The position numbers and the translations under genes were made by a program. Shown here in pieces: positions 9,370-18,110 of a stretch of 64,000 nucleotides of DNA. Under the pieces are notes generated by a model. It did no database searches. It had not been told where the DNA came from and was given only the letters and a program-made list of their open reading frames with translations. This stretch comes from a virus. Lineage: Duplodnaviria; Caudoviricetes. Each line of letters opens with the position of its first letter. Position 1 is the stretch's first letter. Where the stretch lies: positions 11,874 through 75,873 of IMG/VR virus record IMGVR_UViG_2974664081_000001. The stretch is one strand, 5' to 3'.

Positions 9370-9807
9370 ATGCTCGGTTGGTTGAAGAAGAAAGCCAAAG
9401 TCACTGCCCGTGATGTGGCCAAGTTCGAAAAGAAAGACCTGATGGAAGCCACCGTCGGTATCGGTGTGCTGACCATGTGGGTCAGTGGTTCGGCTGAAGA
9501 TGCTGAGCGTGAAAAACTCAACAAGATCCTCGCCAACACCCCGGCCTTGGCCAACTTCGGCAGCGAAGTGCAGGGCACCCTGCAACGCTATGACACCATG
9601 TGCAAAGACATGGGCTTCATGGGCGCCAAGGTTCACATCATGCGCGAAATCAAGCAGTGCCAAGGCGACCAGCACGAGATGGAAGACGTTCTGGTCACCG
9701 GCCTGACCGTCGCTCTCTCCGATGGTGAGATGGACGAAAAAGAAGAGAAGCTGCTGCGTGAAGTGGCTTCCCTGTTCGGCCTACGTCTGGAAAACTTCCT
9801 GGCCTAA
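9370..9807 (+). CDS. TerB-family (tellurite resistance-like) protein
   Basis: AAGGAG RBS; DLMEATV...AEREKL and VALSDGEMDEKEEKLLREVASLFGL TerB-type repeats. Confidence 0.8.
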   Translation: MLGWLKKKAKVTARDVAKFEKKDLMEATVGIGVLTMWVSGSAEDAEREKLNKILANTPALANFGSEVQGTLQRYDTMCKDMGFMGAKVHIMREIKQCQGDQHEMEDVLVTGLTVALSDGEMDEKEEKLLREVASLFGLRLENFLA

Positions 9808-9811
9808 GCCT

Positions 9812-10015
9812 ATGAAAGGTCTCCTGAAACTCATAGGCATCATAGTGCTGGGCCTGTCTGTATTCTTCGGCGGGATATCACTCTGGAACCGTTCGGTCTG
9901 CAAGATCTACGGTTGGCAGACTGAGCGTGAAACCAAATATGCAACCTTTGTGGGTTGCATGGTGGAACTCAACGGTAAGTGGTATCCCCGCAACGAATTG
10001 CGGATTGCCCAGTAA
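9812..10015 (+). CDS. small membrane-anchored protein
   Basis: N-terminal hydrophobic segment, then C...GCMV...WYP. Confidence 0.7.
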   Translation: MKGLLKLIGIIVLGLSVFFGGISLWNRSVCKIYGWQTERETKYATFVGCMVELNGKWYPRNELRIAQ

Positions 10016-10019
10016 AAGG

Positions 10020-10048
10020 AAATGGTGGCCTTCGGGTCACCATTTTTT
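10020..10048 (+). terminator. intrinsic terminator
   Basis: aaatggtggcc-ttcg-ggtcaccatttttt. Confidence 0.8.
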
Positions 10049-10060
10049 ATGGAGAATGTG

Positions 10061-10624
10061 ATGGGAAACGTGATCACCCTTCCTAGTTGGCTCAACGCCG
10101 TCAAAAAGGTCTACAACACCAAGACCGGAGGTGACATGACTCCGGTGGACGTGGCTCTGGCCTTTGCCCTGACCATCCGCCTGTACGGCACAGCTGATGC
10201 CCTGCGTAAGACAGCCCGGAACATCACCGATAAAGTATGCCGTCAGCAGAAGCCGGGCATGAAGCGACTGTCCAAGGCCCCTGACGATGTGGTGTGGGAA
10301 GCCACCACCAAGATCGTCAACCGGGTCACCGACATGCTGAAAATCTTCCCCGGCGAACAGATCCCCTTGGTTCCATTTGAGGAACCAAAGGAGCCTGAAG
10401 CCGACGAAGGCGAGATCCTTCGCTTGTTGGAGGAGATCGCCAACGAAGTGGCCAACCCCAAGAAGATCTGCGAGGAGGTCCTGTACCTTGCCGAGCAGCT
10501 TCCCCAACATCAACGAGCTGGGCTGTACCTGATCGGAGGATCCAAGAATCCCCGAGCAGTGATCATGGCCATGCTCAGAACCAAGGAGGCAAAATCCATT
10601 GGCCGAAACAACGAACACGCTTGA
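10061..10624 (+). CDS. hypothetical phage protein
   Basis: GGAG RBS; 187 aa. Confidence 0.75.
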   Translation: MGNVITLPSWLNAVKKVYNTKTGGDMTPVDVALAFALTIRLYGTADALRKTARNITDKVCRQQKPGMKRLSKAPDDVVWEATTKIVNRVTDMLKIFPGEQIPLVPFEEPKEPEADEGEILRLLEEIANEVANPKKICEEVLYLAEQLPQHQRAGLYLIGGSKNPRAVIMAMLRTKEAKSIGRNNEHA

Positions 10625-10799
10625 AGAGCGTAACGAGAGCCAACGGAAGACCATCCTCAAACAAGTGGCTCGTATTCAGGAACTGGAGATCTGGGAGAAA
10701 TTTGCCCGGTATCTCCTGAACAACTGCAACGGACAGACCGTGACTCCAGAAAATCTGGAAAAATGGCTGGAAGAGGCTCAACAACCAAGGAGAAAGTGA
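10599..10799 (+). CDS. hypothetical phage protein
   Basis: TTG start after AAGGAGG. Confidence 0.65.
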   Translation: MAETTNTLEERNESQRKTILKQVARIQELEIWEKFARYLLNNCNGQTVTPENLEKWLEEAQQPRRK

Positions 10800-11044
10800 T
10801 GGATTACGCTGGAGTGGTTGCCGCATTTCTGATGGCATCTAGCTGCGACAACATCGACGGATGCAAAGAGATTGTGGTGGCACCATTCCACGGTCCTGCT
10901 GGATCCGAACTGTGTCAGCTGACTGCCCAAAACTTCAACCAAGTAAATGCCTACAAGAGAGTGACCGGTAACGACCGGCCCATCATCTTCGTGTGCAAGC
11001 CACCGGCTCAGGTGGCAACCAAAGGCCCCCGCACCAACCTGTAA
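10799..11044 (+). CDS. hypothetical, possibly exported Cys-containing protein
   Basis: AAGGAG RBS, TGATG coupling, hydrophobic N-terminus. Confidence 0.65.
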   Translation: MDYAGVVAAFLMASSCDNIDGCKEIVVAPFHGPAGSELCQLTAQNFNQVNAYKRVTGNDRPIIFVCKPPAQVATKGPRTNL

Positions 11045-11104
11045 AGGTTTCGTGGGGGTTAAACACCTCGTAGCAAACCCTTAATCTCAAAGGAAAATTT
11101 CCTC

Positions 11105-11437
11105 ATGTGTGAACGTTGCGTAGCAGACTCGCTGGTGAACCTGAACAACAGCCAGGCTATTCTGAATCTGGCTAATGCTGCCCATACACTGGACAGCATC
11201 AATGCCGCCTCCGAGAAGAACACCGTTCTCCGTCGTCTGGATGCCATGGCCGAACTGCCGCGTAACAGCGGCGAAGCAGAAGCAGCTACTGCCCCGGCCC
11301 AAAGTGAAGACACCGGTCGTACCGGTGAAGCTCCTTCGGCCAACGCCGATGTAACCCTGTCCCAGCACGTTCGCCGTCTGGTCGAACTGGGCCAGGCACT
11401 GGGCTTCGAAGTGGAAGTCCACAGCATCAAGTTGTAA
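11105..11437 (+). CDS. hypothetical phage protein
   Basis: AAGGA RBS, strong codon bias. Confidence 0.8.
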   Translation: MCERCVADSLVNLNNSQAILNLANAAHTLDSINAASEKNTVLRRLDAMAELPRNSGEAEAATAPAQSEDTGRTGEAPSANADVTLSQHVRRLVELGQALGFEVEVHSIKL

Positions 11438-11506
11438 CTGCAACCTAAGTTTGGCATATTGCCAGCTCAGCCATAAAACCCCCTGAACCAAGAAGGATCA
11501 CAGCCT

Positions 11507-11830
11507 ATGCGAATGTTCAGTCGTTTCCTCAGTTACATGGCCCTCGGCCTTGCCAGTTGCCTCGGTTTTGCCGGTATGGCACTGGCGGATGATGTCCGCC
11601 CCAGCCTGATCAACAGCCTGCGTCTGGCCGTCTCCAGCGTCGGTGAGTACGGTCACGATGTGGCCAAGTACAAAGCCGAGCAGATGTACATGCACGGCAC
11701 CCCCAGTACGCGATTGTGTGCTGGTGCCAACCTGACTGCTGAATCGAATGGCTTCCGTCTGTCGGCAATGACCTCCAGCGGGGTGGCCGAGGGCAAGATC
11801 GGTGGTAGCATTCCTGCTACTTACATCTAA
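11507..11830 (+). CDS. hypothetical protein with signal peptide
   Basis: MRMFSRF, hydrophobic core, then ALA/DD cleavage pattern. Confidence 0.75.
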   Translation: MRMFSRFLSYMALGLASCLGFAGMALADDVRPSLINSLRLAVSSVGEYGHDVAKYKAEQMYMHGTPSTRLCAGANLTAESNGFRLSAMTSSGVAEGKIGGSIPATYI

Positions 11831-11854
11831 AGCCTGCTGGCAAAGCGCCGTGAG

Positions 11855-11882
11855 AAAGCCCCTTTCGAGGGGCTTTTTCTTT
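11855..11882 (+). terminator. intrinsic terminator
   Basis: aaagcccct-ttcg-aggggcttttt. Confidence 0.85.
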
Positions 11883-11912
11883 GTTCTGAATTTCTCAATC
11901 AGGAGAGAAAAA

Positions 11913-12788
11913 ATGCATCAGTTTCAGGGACTTATCGAACGAGTCCTGTACACAGGTACGGACCGTGAGGATCGTACCGGGGTAGGCACTCGTTCGATCT
12001 TCGGTCACCAAATGCGCTTCAACCTGTCAGAAGGCTTCCCCATCTGTACCACCAAGCGGGTGCCCTTCAAGTCAGTACTGAGCGAACTCCTTTGGTTCAT
12101 CTCCGGTTCCACCAATGTGAACGACCTCCGTGCCTTGCTGCATGGTGAAGAGTTTCGCCATGACTGGTCTAAAAAGACCATCTGGGATGACAATGCTGCG
12201 AACCAAGGGCAAGCACTGGGCTATGCAGACGGTGAGCTTGGTCCTGTTTACGGCAAACAATGGCGTCACTGGAGCAAAAACAACGGGGTAACTGACCTGT
12301 TGGGGGCCAAAGACACCATTGACCAACTGCGTGATGTGATCAACCAGATTCGTCACAACCCTGACAGTCGTCGCCTCATCGTATCTGCATGGAATGTGGC
12401 CGAGCTGCCAGACATGGCTCTGCCCCCGTGCCACTGCCTGTTCCAGTTCTATGTCCGCGATGGGTATCTGGACTGCCAGTTGTACCAACGTTCGGCAGAT
12501 CTGTTCCTCGGCGTACCCTTCAACATTGCCAGCTATGCCCTACTGGTTCATATGGTGGCTCAAGTATGCAGTCTCAGGCCGGGTGAGTTCATCTGGACGG
12601 GTGGGGACGTACACCTCTACAAAAACCACTTCGATCAGGCTTTGGAGATCCTTAACCGGGAGCCTCTAAAGCTTCCAACTTTGGAGATCAATCCTGAGAT
12701 CTCTGATATCGATCAGTTCACCATGAATGACTTCGAGCTAATCGACTACAAATCTCATCCACCTGTACCAGCCCCAATGGCTGTGTAG
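11913..12788 (+). CDS. thyA: thymidylate synthase (ThyA type)
   Basis: [51 protein letters not shown]. Confidence 0.97.
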   Translation: MHQFQGLIERVLYTGTDREDRTGVGTRSIFGHQMRFNLSEGFPICTTKRVPFKSVLSELLWFISGSTNVNDLRALLHGEEFRHDWSKKTIWDDNAANQGQALGYADGELGPVYGKQWRHWSKNNGVTDLLGAKDTIDQLRDVINQIRHNPDSRRLIVSAWNVAELPDMALPPCHCLFQFYVRDGYLDCQLYQRSADLFLGVPFNIASYALLVHMVAQVCSLRPGEFIWTGGDVHLYKNHFDQALEILNREPLKLPTLEINPEISDIDQFTMNDFELIDYKSHPPVPAPMAV

Positions 12789-12861
12789 CGGGTTTTGTGG
12801 TTGTCGATCCCTGGAGTTCCGGGGATCGACTGAACATCCTATTTGAACCAAGGAGCTACAG

Positions 12862-13077
12862 ATGCCGGTTAAGTACAGGCTGCTGACTGACTCGAAGATC
12901 GAGGCAACGGCAAAGGCAGGAACATTCGCTTACGAATGCACCAAGCATGACTATGGCTGTGCCAACGATGACACCCGCATCACCGGGCGTAAACACGTCA
13001 GCCTCTCTCTGAAGGAGGACGGCGACTACCCGTTCTTCACTCACGCCGAAGACGATCTCGAAGTGATCAAGGAGTAA
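12862..13077 (+). CDS. hypothetical phage protein
   Basis: AAGGAG RBS; DYGCANDD...GDYPFFT. Confidence 0.75.
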   Translation: MPVKYRLLTDSKIEATAKAGTFAYECTKHDYGCANDDTRITGRKHVSLSLKEDGDYPFFTHAEDDLEVIKE

Positions 13078-13080
13078 GGC

Positions 13081-15498
13081 ATGCAAGTTTCTCAACAGGC
13101 CGACCAAATCACCCATGCGGTGGTTGGGCAGCAAGAATCCATTTCCATGGGGGTCAGTGACAGTGCAGCTCTGATGCACATCCTGTCCGCCACCCTGTAC
13201 ACCTACCCCAAGCTGGCAGCTATTCGTGAAGTAACCTGTAACGGCTGGGACGGCCACATCATGGTCGGCAAAACCGATGTGCCACTGGAGATCACCATCT
13301 CCGACACCGAGATCAAGGTGCAGGACTTCGGTCCGGGTATCCCTCATGCCAAGATCGGTGAGATCTATGGCGTGTACGGCAACTCGACCAAGCGTGACGA
13401 TTCCACCCAGACAGGCGGTTTCGGGCTTGGTTCCAAGGCACCGTTTGCGGTGACCGACAACTTCCAAGTGATCTCGTGTCACGAAGGAATGAAGACCATT
13501 TACCGGGTCTCCAAGTCCTCGATGGAAGTCGGTGGTAAGCCCTCGATTAACAAAATCATGGACATGCCCACGGAAGAGTCGGGCATCACGGTCAGTTTCA
13601 ACATCAAGGCCGGTGAGCAAGGGGAATACCTGAAGCTCATCAAAGAGGTGCTGTTGCTCGGAGGCATTCTGGCCCGAGTCAACAAGGCTGAACCCATGGA
13701 ACCATTGCCACTGCTGGAGTCGCCCACTGGCTTCATCATCAGCAGCGTCAATGGCACTTTGCTGAACCGGATCAACGTCCGCTATGGCAACGTGGTGTAC
13801 CCAGTGCCCAGCCACACCGGCTTTGCGTCTGAGTGGAACATCGTCATGAGCCAGATGAATAAGCTCTGGCATGGGGCCAACATCATCTTCATGGCACCCC
13901 CGGACGGCGTTTCCATTGCGCCTAGCCGGGAAGCCCTGATCTTCACTGACCTGACGGTAGCGACTATCAAGGGTCTGTTGGCTCAGTTCACCGAAGATGA
14001 CATCAAGGGCTGCGAAAAGACGGTCAAGCAGATCTCTCGGGAAATGCTCAACAAGACTGTGGACCGTCTGCCGCCCCCAGTGACGCCATATGAGCTGGAC
14101 AAAGCTGTGTTCATCCCGGCTGACATGTATCCGAAAGGTGCTCGTCACGAGTCGGGGGCCTATGCTTACTCCATCAAGCGTGCCCGGATGGCATTTCTGA
14201 TGCGAGACCTGAACCAGAACCAAGAGGGTGAACATGTTCGCCTCAAGCGGTTCAGGAAGGCCATTGAACAGCAAGCATTCATGGACATGAAGTTTGCCCG
14301 TGAACTGCTCAAGGCTTACATCCAGCACCGTACCGACCGGCGAGCCAACCGGACCTACAGCCGGATGACGGCAATGGTCCACAAGTTCATCACGCTCCCG
14401 CTCTATCAGGCCATCGATGCCCATCCCAAGATGGCTCGTGAGCGTCTGTGGATCTCGCAAAACTACGCCAGCAATTTGATTCGCTTGAAAGACCGAACCT
14501 GCGGAGACTTCGATAATGCGATCTCTCACCTGTTCAAACGGGTGTTGATCGTGCGTAGCAAATCGGCAGCCGAGGAATTCCTGAATAAGGAATACCGCAA
14601 GGAATACAACCGCCCAGATGGTTGGGTGGTGTATGTCTGCCATTCCCACCCAGACCGTATTACAGAAGCCAAACAGGTCTTCGACAAGCTGGATTACGAG
14701 GTTCACGGCTACAAGCTGGAAGTGGAACCAAGGATCAAAAAGTCTGACGATCCTGATTGGGTTCCGGCTGAGCGTAAAGCATCGGTCAAACGTAAGGGCT
14801 ACATGTCCCTGCGTGATGCCTACGATCCAGTGAAGGAAACCTTCCTGTTGTCCACGGCACGAGAAGTCAAGGAGCCAAGCAACCTCAAGGAACCTATGGC
14901 TTGGATCATGCTGCACAACAAAAGCCACCACAAAGAAGGCCGCTGGACCGTAGGTTTCGGGGCTGAGCAGAGCAAAGCCATCAATAAACTCTGGGGCGAC
15001 AAGATCGCTGTGGTAACTCCTGCTCAGGCAGAAGCCCTCAAGAAGAAAGGTATCGAAAACATGCAGACCTATGTCAACACTTTCGTAGATGACGCACTGT
15101 CAGCCAAACAAGACTACCGTCGCTATCTGGCATTTGGTCGTCATCTGCTTCGCTATGGTGGACGACCTCATAGTGAAGTCTGTGCCGTGATCTACAACAT
15201 GCTCCCCCATGAAGAGCTGATGAAAGAGCTGGGCATCCGCTTTCACATCTCGGCGGAGACTCAGCTGCTGGTCAACTTCATGGATGGGTTGGACGAAGTG
15301 TCAGCCCCTAAGTGCCATGCCTTGATTCACAAGGTTAAAAAGTCCCCGAAAGTGGACGAGATCGGCATGAAGATCAAGAACTCCAAATGGCGAAAATTCC
15401 TCGACATGGACTTCTTGGCTCAGCAGTTGGATACCTCCAAAGCTGGGTCTGAAGAGCAAGAAATTGCCTTCTCCGTTGTTAAACACCTCCTGAAATAA
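13081..15498 (+). CDS. rIIA: rIIA-like protein
   Basis: GHKL ATPase N-terminus (IREVTCNGWD, DFGPGI, GGFGLGSKAPF), directly upstream of rIIB. Confidence 0.92.
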   Translation: MQVSQQADQITHAVVGQQESISMGVSDSAALMHILSATLYTYPKLAAIREVTCNGWDGHIMVGKTDVPLEITISDTEIKVQDFGPGIPHAKIGEIYGVYGNSTKRDDSTQTGGFGLGSKAPFAVTDNFQVISCHEGMKTIYRVSKSSMEVGGKPSINKIMDMPTEESGITVSFNIKAGEQGEYLKLIKEVLLLGGILARVNKAEPMEPLPLLESPTGFIISSVNGTLLNRINVRYGNVVYPVPSHTGFASEWNIVMSQMNKLWHGANIIFMAPPDGVSIAPSREALIFTDLTVATIKGLLAQFTEDDIKGCEKTVKQISREMLNKTVDRLPPPVTPYELDKAVFIPADMYPKGARHESGAYAYSIKRARMAFLMRDLNQNQEGEHVRLKRFRKAIEQQAFMDMKFARELLKAYIQHRTDRRANRTYSRMTAMVHKFITLPLYQAIDAHPKMARERLWISQNYASNLIRLKDRTCGDFDNAISHLFKRVLIVRSKSAAEEFLNKEYRKEYNRPDGWVVYVCHSHPDRITEAKQVFDKLDYEVHGYKLEVEPRIKKSDDPDWVPAERKASVKRKGYMSLRDAYDPVKETFLLSTAREVKEPSNLKEPMAWIMLHNKSHHKEGRWTVGFGAEQSKAINKLWGDKIAVVTPAQAEALKKKGIENMQTYVNTFVDDALSAKQDYRRYLAFGRHLLRYGGRPHSEVCAVIYNMLPHEELMKELGIRFHISAETQLLVNFMDGLDEVSAPKCHALIHKVKKSPKVDEIGMKIKNSKWRKFLDMDFLAQQLDTSKAGSEEQEIAFSVVKHLLK

Positions 15499-15511
15499 AC
15501 TGAGGCCATTC

Positions 15512-17209
15512 ATGGACAAAGTAATCCGTGTAGTCGCGGCTGTATTGGATACGGGCCGACTCATCATGTACAAGCAGGACGGCGAGACCATCGACGTTCT
15601 GCAAGGGGATCCCCGCATCCGCAAGTTGACCGATAAGGTCTTCCCGGACATCGAACGGCAGAAATTCTCGGACCTGACCGAAGAAGACCTGTCCAACCCA
15701 TCCGAGAACTACAGCCATTACGCCGAGACTGAAGCCCAGCTCGGTGGCATGGTGAAGTTCTTCCGCATGCTCAAGACCGAGGCCGAAAAGGTCTTAGCCC
15801 TGTTCGTAGAGGAAGGCTTCGATCAGGTTCGTCAGGTCGGCGTCATTCCCGATGTCGGGAACCAAGAGAAAGACGATGAAGTCGAGGAAGGAACTACCCA
15901 ACCTCAGACCAAAAGCCAAGCTGCTGTGGCCCAGATCATGGCCCAAGCTGCTCCAGCTTCTTCGCCTGAATTCCAGCAGATGTCCAAGGATCAGGCCGAG
16001 GAAACCACGGTTGTGGCTGTGGTTGACGATGGCACTTGCATTCCAGGCATCGAGCAAATCGATATCCAGCTGCGTGGCTTGGCCGCCAAACTGGGCTCGC
16101 CTGAAGGCATCGCCAACTTCTTCCGTCGTGTCACCTCGGTGAAGCGTGCTCACACCGTGCAGGACCTCCTGAAGTTCATGGAGCGGGGTGAGCTGCCCAT
16201 TGCCGATGACGGTTCGGTGCTGGTGTACAAACGCTTGAAAAGCACCGATGAAGCAGGCGTATTCGTGGACTGCCATACCCGCTCGGTGAAGCAGCGAGTG
16301 GGTTCATGGGTGTTCATGGACGACCGTCTGGTCGATCCGAACCGTAACAACGAGTGCTCCAACGGTCTGCATGTGGCTCGCCGGGATTACCTGTCGAGCT
16401 TCAGTGGTGACGTGACTGTATTGGCCAAGTTGGCTCCAGAAGACGTGATCGCTGTACCTCACGGTGATGCCCGTAAACTGCGTGCCCGTGGCTACCACAT
16501 CATCGCCCAGCTGAGCTACGACGATGCCCGTGCAGTCAACAGCAACAAGCCCATGTCTGACTCGGTACTGCTGGGCAATGCTGCTGCGGGTAACCACATC
16601 GGGATCGTGGAGCATGTGCAAATTCTCGACCAGAACCGCACCGACAACAGCGTCAAGTACACCAAGATCAACGCTGACGATCCAGTGGAGCTAAACTCGG
16701 CTCTGCAATCCCAGTCGCTGGAATCGGTAGACAAAGACGCCCCGGTGCATGTGGATGCAGCTGTTGTCGCCACCAAGAAGACCACCGAGAAAGCTCCAGT
16801 CAAGAAGGCTCAGATCAAACGTCCAGTGGAAGTGTTGGTCGAAGCCTTCCAGAAAGCCAAGAGCGACAAGGCCAAACGAGCTGCGGCCAGCAACCTGATG
16901 GTATTCAAAAAGAATGCCAAGAAAGGTTGGGACAAGCTGGGCGTTTCGGCTGAAATTGCTGCTCAAGTGACCGAGTTGGTTCCCGTGGCTGAACCTGCCA
17001 AGCCAGTTAAGGAAGCCAAGCCTGAGCCAGTGATCCCAGCAACGGGCACCCCAAAAGAGCGCATCGCTGCCGGTCTGGGCCACAAGCCCCTGACCCGTCA
17101 ACTGGCCTTGGACATCCTTCAGATCAAGAAGGCATCCAAGAAAGGCTGGTCTGCTCTGGGCGTAACCCAAGCCCAAGAGAAGGAAATCCTGAAGCTGGCC
17201 AGCAAGTAG
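15512..17209 (+). CDS. rIIB: rIIB-like protein
   Basis: LPIADDGSVLVYK, DCHT, CSNGLHV, PEDVIAVP motifs. Confidence 0.92.
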   Translation: MDKVIRVVAAVLDTGRLIMYKQDGETIDVLQGDPRIRKLTDKVFPDIERQKFSDLTEEDLSNPSENYSHYAETEAQLGGMVKFFRMLKTEAEKVLALFVEEGFDQVRQVGVIPDVGNQEKDDEVEEGTTQPQTKSQAAVAQIMAQAAPASSPEFQQMSKDQAEETTVVAVVDDGTCIPGIEQIDIQLRGLAAKLGSPEGIANFFRRVTSVKRAHTVQDLLKFMERGELPIADDGSVLVYKRLKSTDEAGVFVDCHTRSVKQRVGSWVFMDDRLVDPNRNNECSNGLHVARRDYLSSFSGDVTVLAKLAPEDVIAVPHGDARKLRARGYHIIAQLSYDDARAVNSNKPMSDSVLLGNAAAGNHIGIVEHVQILDQNRTDNSVKYTKINADDPVELNSALQSQSLESVDKDAPVHVDAAVVATKKTTEKAPVKKAQIKRPVEVLVEAFQKAKSDKAKRAAASNLMVFKKNAKKGWDKLGVSAEIAAQVTELVPVAEPAKPVKEAKPEPVIPATGTPKERIAAGLGHKPLTRQLALDILQIKKASKKGWSALGVTQAQEKEILKLASK

Positions 17210-17228
17210 TCGGGTTGCTTCACCAATT

Positions 17229-17262
17229 TGCCTCTAGTCATATAGACTAGAGGCATCTTTTA
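17229..17262 (+). terminator. intrinsic terminator
   Basis: tgcctctagtc-atata-gactagaggca followed by T-rich tail. Confidence 0.75.
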
Positions 17263-17276
17263 TTGAGGATAAGCCC

Positions 17277-17594
17277 ATGTCTTCCGCAATCCGAGTCAAT
17301 CGCAAAGGCAGCGATGACGATATCATCCGTCTCAATAGCGTTGGCTTGTCGTTACGGACGATTGCCAAGCTGCTGGATTGTCATCCGACTTCAGTGACGC
17401 TTCGTCTTCGTCGTCTGGGTGTTCCGCCTGCGGATACCCGTCGGACTTTCATGGAAGACATTTTTAAAACCCTCAGCCCAGACCAACAAGAATGGTTGGC
17501 TGATCACATCCAAAACGGGAACAACATCAAGGACTATGTTCGTGAGTTGCTCGTAGAGGATTACCAACGACAGAACCCCGGAGCACCTGTATGA
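17277..17594 (+). CDS. HTH DNA-binding protein
   Basis: GLSLRTIAKLLDCHPTSVTLRL helix-turn-helix; N4-like position. Confidence 0.8.
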   Translation: MSSAIRVNRKGSDDDIIRLNSVGLSLRTIAKLLDCHPTSVTLRLRRLGVPPADTRRTFMEDIFKTLSPDQQEWLADHIQNGNNIKDYVRELLVEDYQRQNPGAPV

Positions 17595-18049
17595 CTCAAT
17601 GCGCCATTACCCGTACCCAAGACTGGTTTGCTACTGCTCGTCCGAATCCTTCCAAAAAGGATTTCAGTACCCAACTTGGTGTACACATGGAAGAAGTGGC
17701 AGAAATGCTGAAAGCCCTGAAAGGCAACAGCCACGCTGCTGAAGTGCTGCTGGAACTGGCCGTCGATCATATTGAGAACTTGGCCACCCATCTGAAAGAA
17801 GATGAGAACTTGGTCGAGGTCAACGATCCAGTGGAAATGCTGGATGGTCTGATCGACCAACAGGTTACTTCGACCGGTGTGGGTTATTGCTTGGGCTATG
17901 ACATGCCAGCTGCCCTGCGAGAGGTCAATGCTTCGAACTACTCCAAGTTCGATGACAATGGCCAGCCCATCTACAACGAGAACAAAAAGGTCATGAAAGG
18001 GCCGAACTACTTTAAGCCCGACCTTGCCCAATACCTGCCCGTCGAGTAA
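17591..18049 (+). CDS. MazG-like NTP pyrophosphohydrolase
   Basis: EEVAE, DGLID, EVNASNYSK, KVMKGPNY. Confidence 0.85.
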   Translation: MTQCAITRTQDWFATARPNPSKKDFSTQLGVHMEEVAEMLKALKGNSHAAEVLLELAVDHIENLATHLKEDENLVEVNDPVEMLDGLIDQQVTSTGVGYCLGYDMPAALREVNASNYSKFDDNGQPIYNENKKVMKGPNYFKPDLAQYLPVE

Positions 18050-18065
18050 CTGAATCGACATCTAG

Positions 18066-18091
18066 AAACCCCCGGACCACCGGGGGTTTTT
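18066..18091 (+). terminator. intrinsic terminator
   Basis: aaacccccgg-acca-ccgggggttttt. Confidence 0.8.
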
Positions 18092-18110
18092 CGTAACAGG
18101 AGAATCCCCA

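Noticed and set aside
11913-12788. Hypermodified-base pathway
   Set aside because: ThyA has the dUMP-specific Asn, and no glycosyltransferase, kinase or 7-deazaguanine genes were recognised
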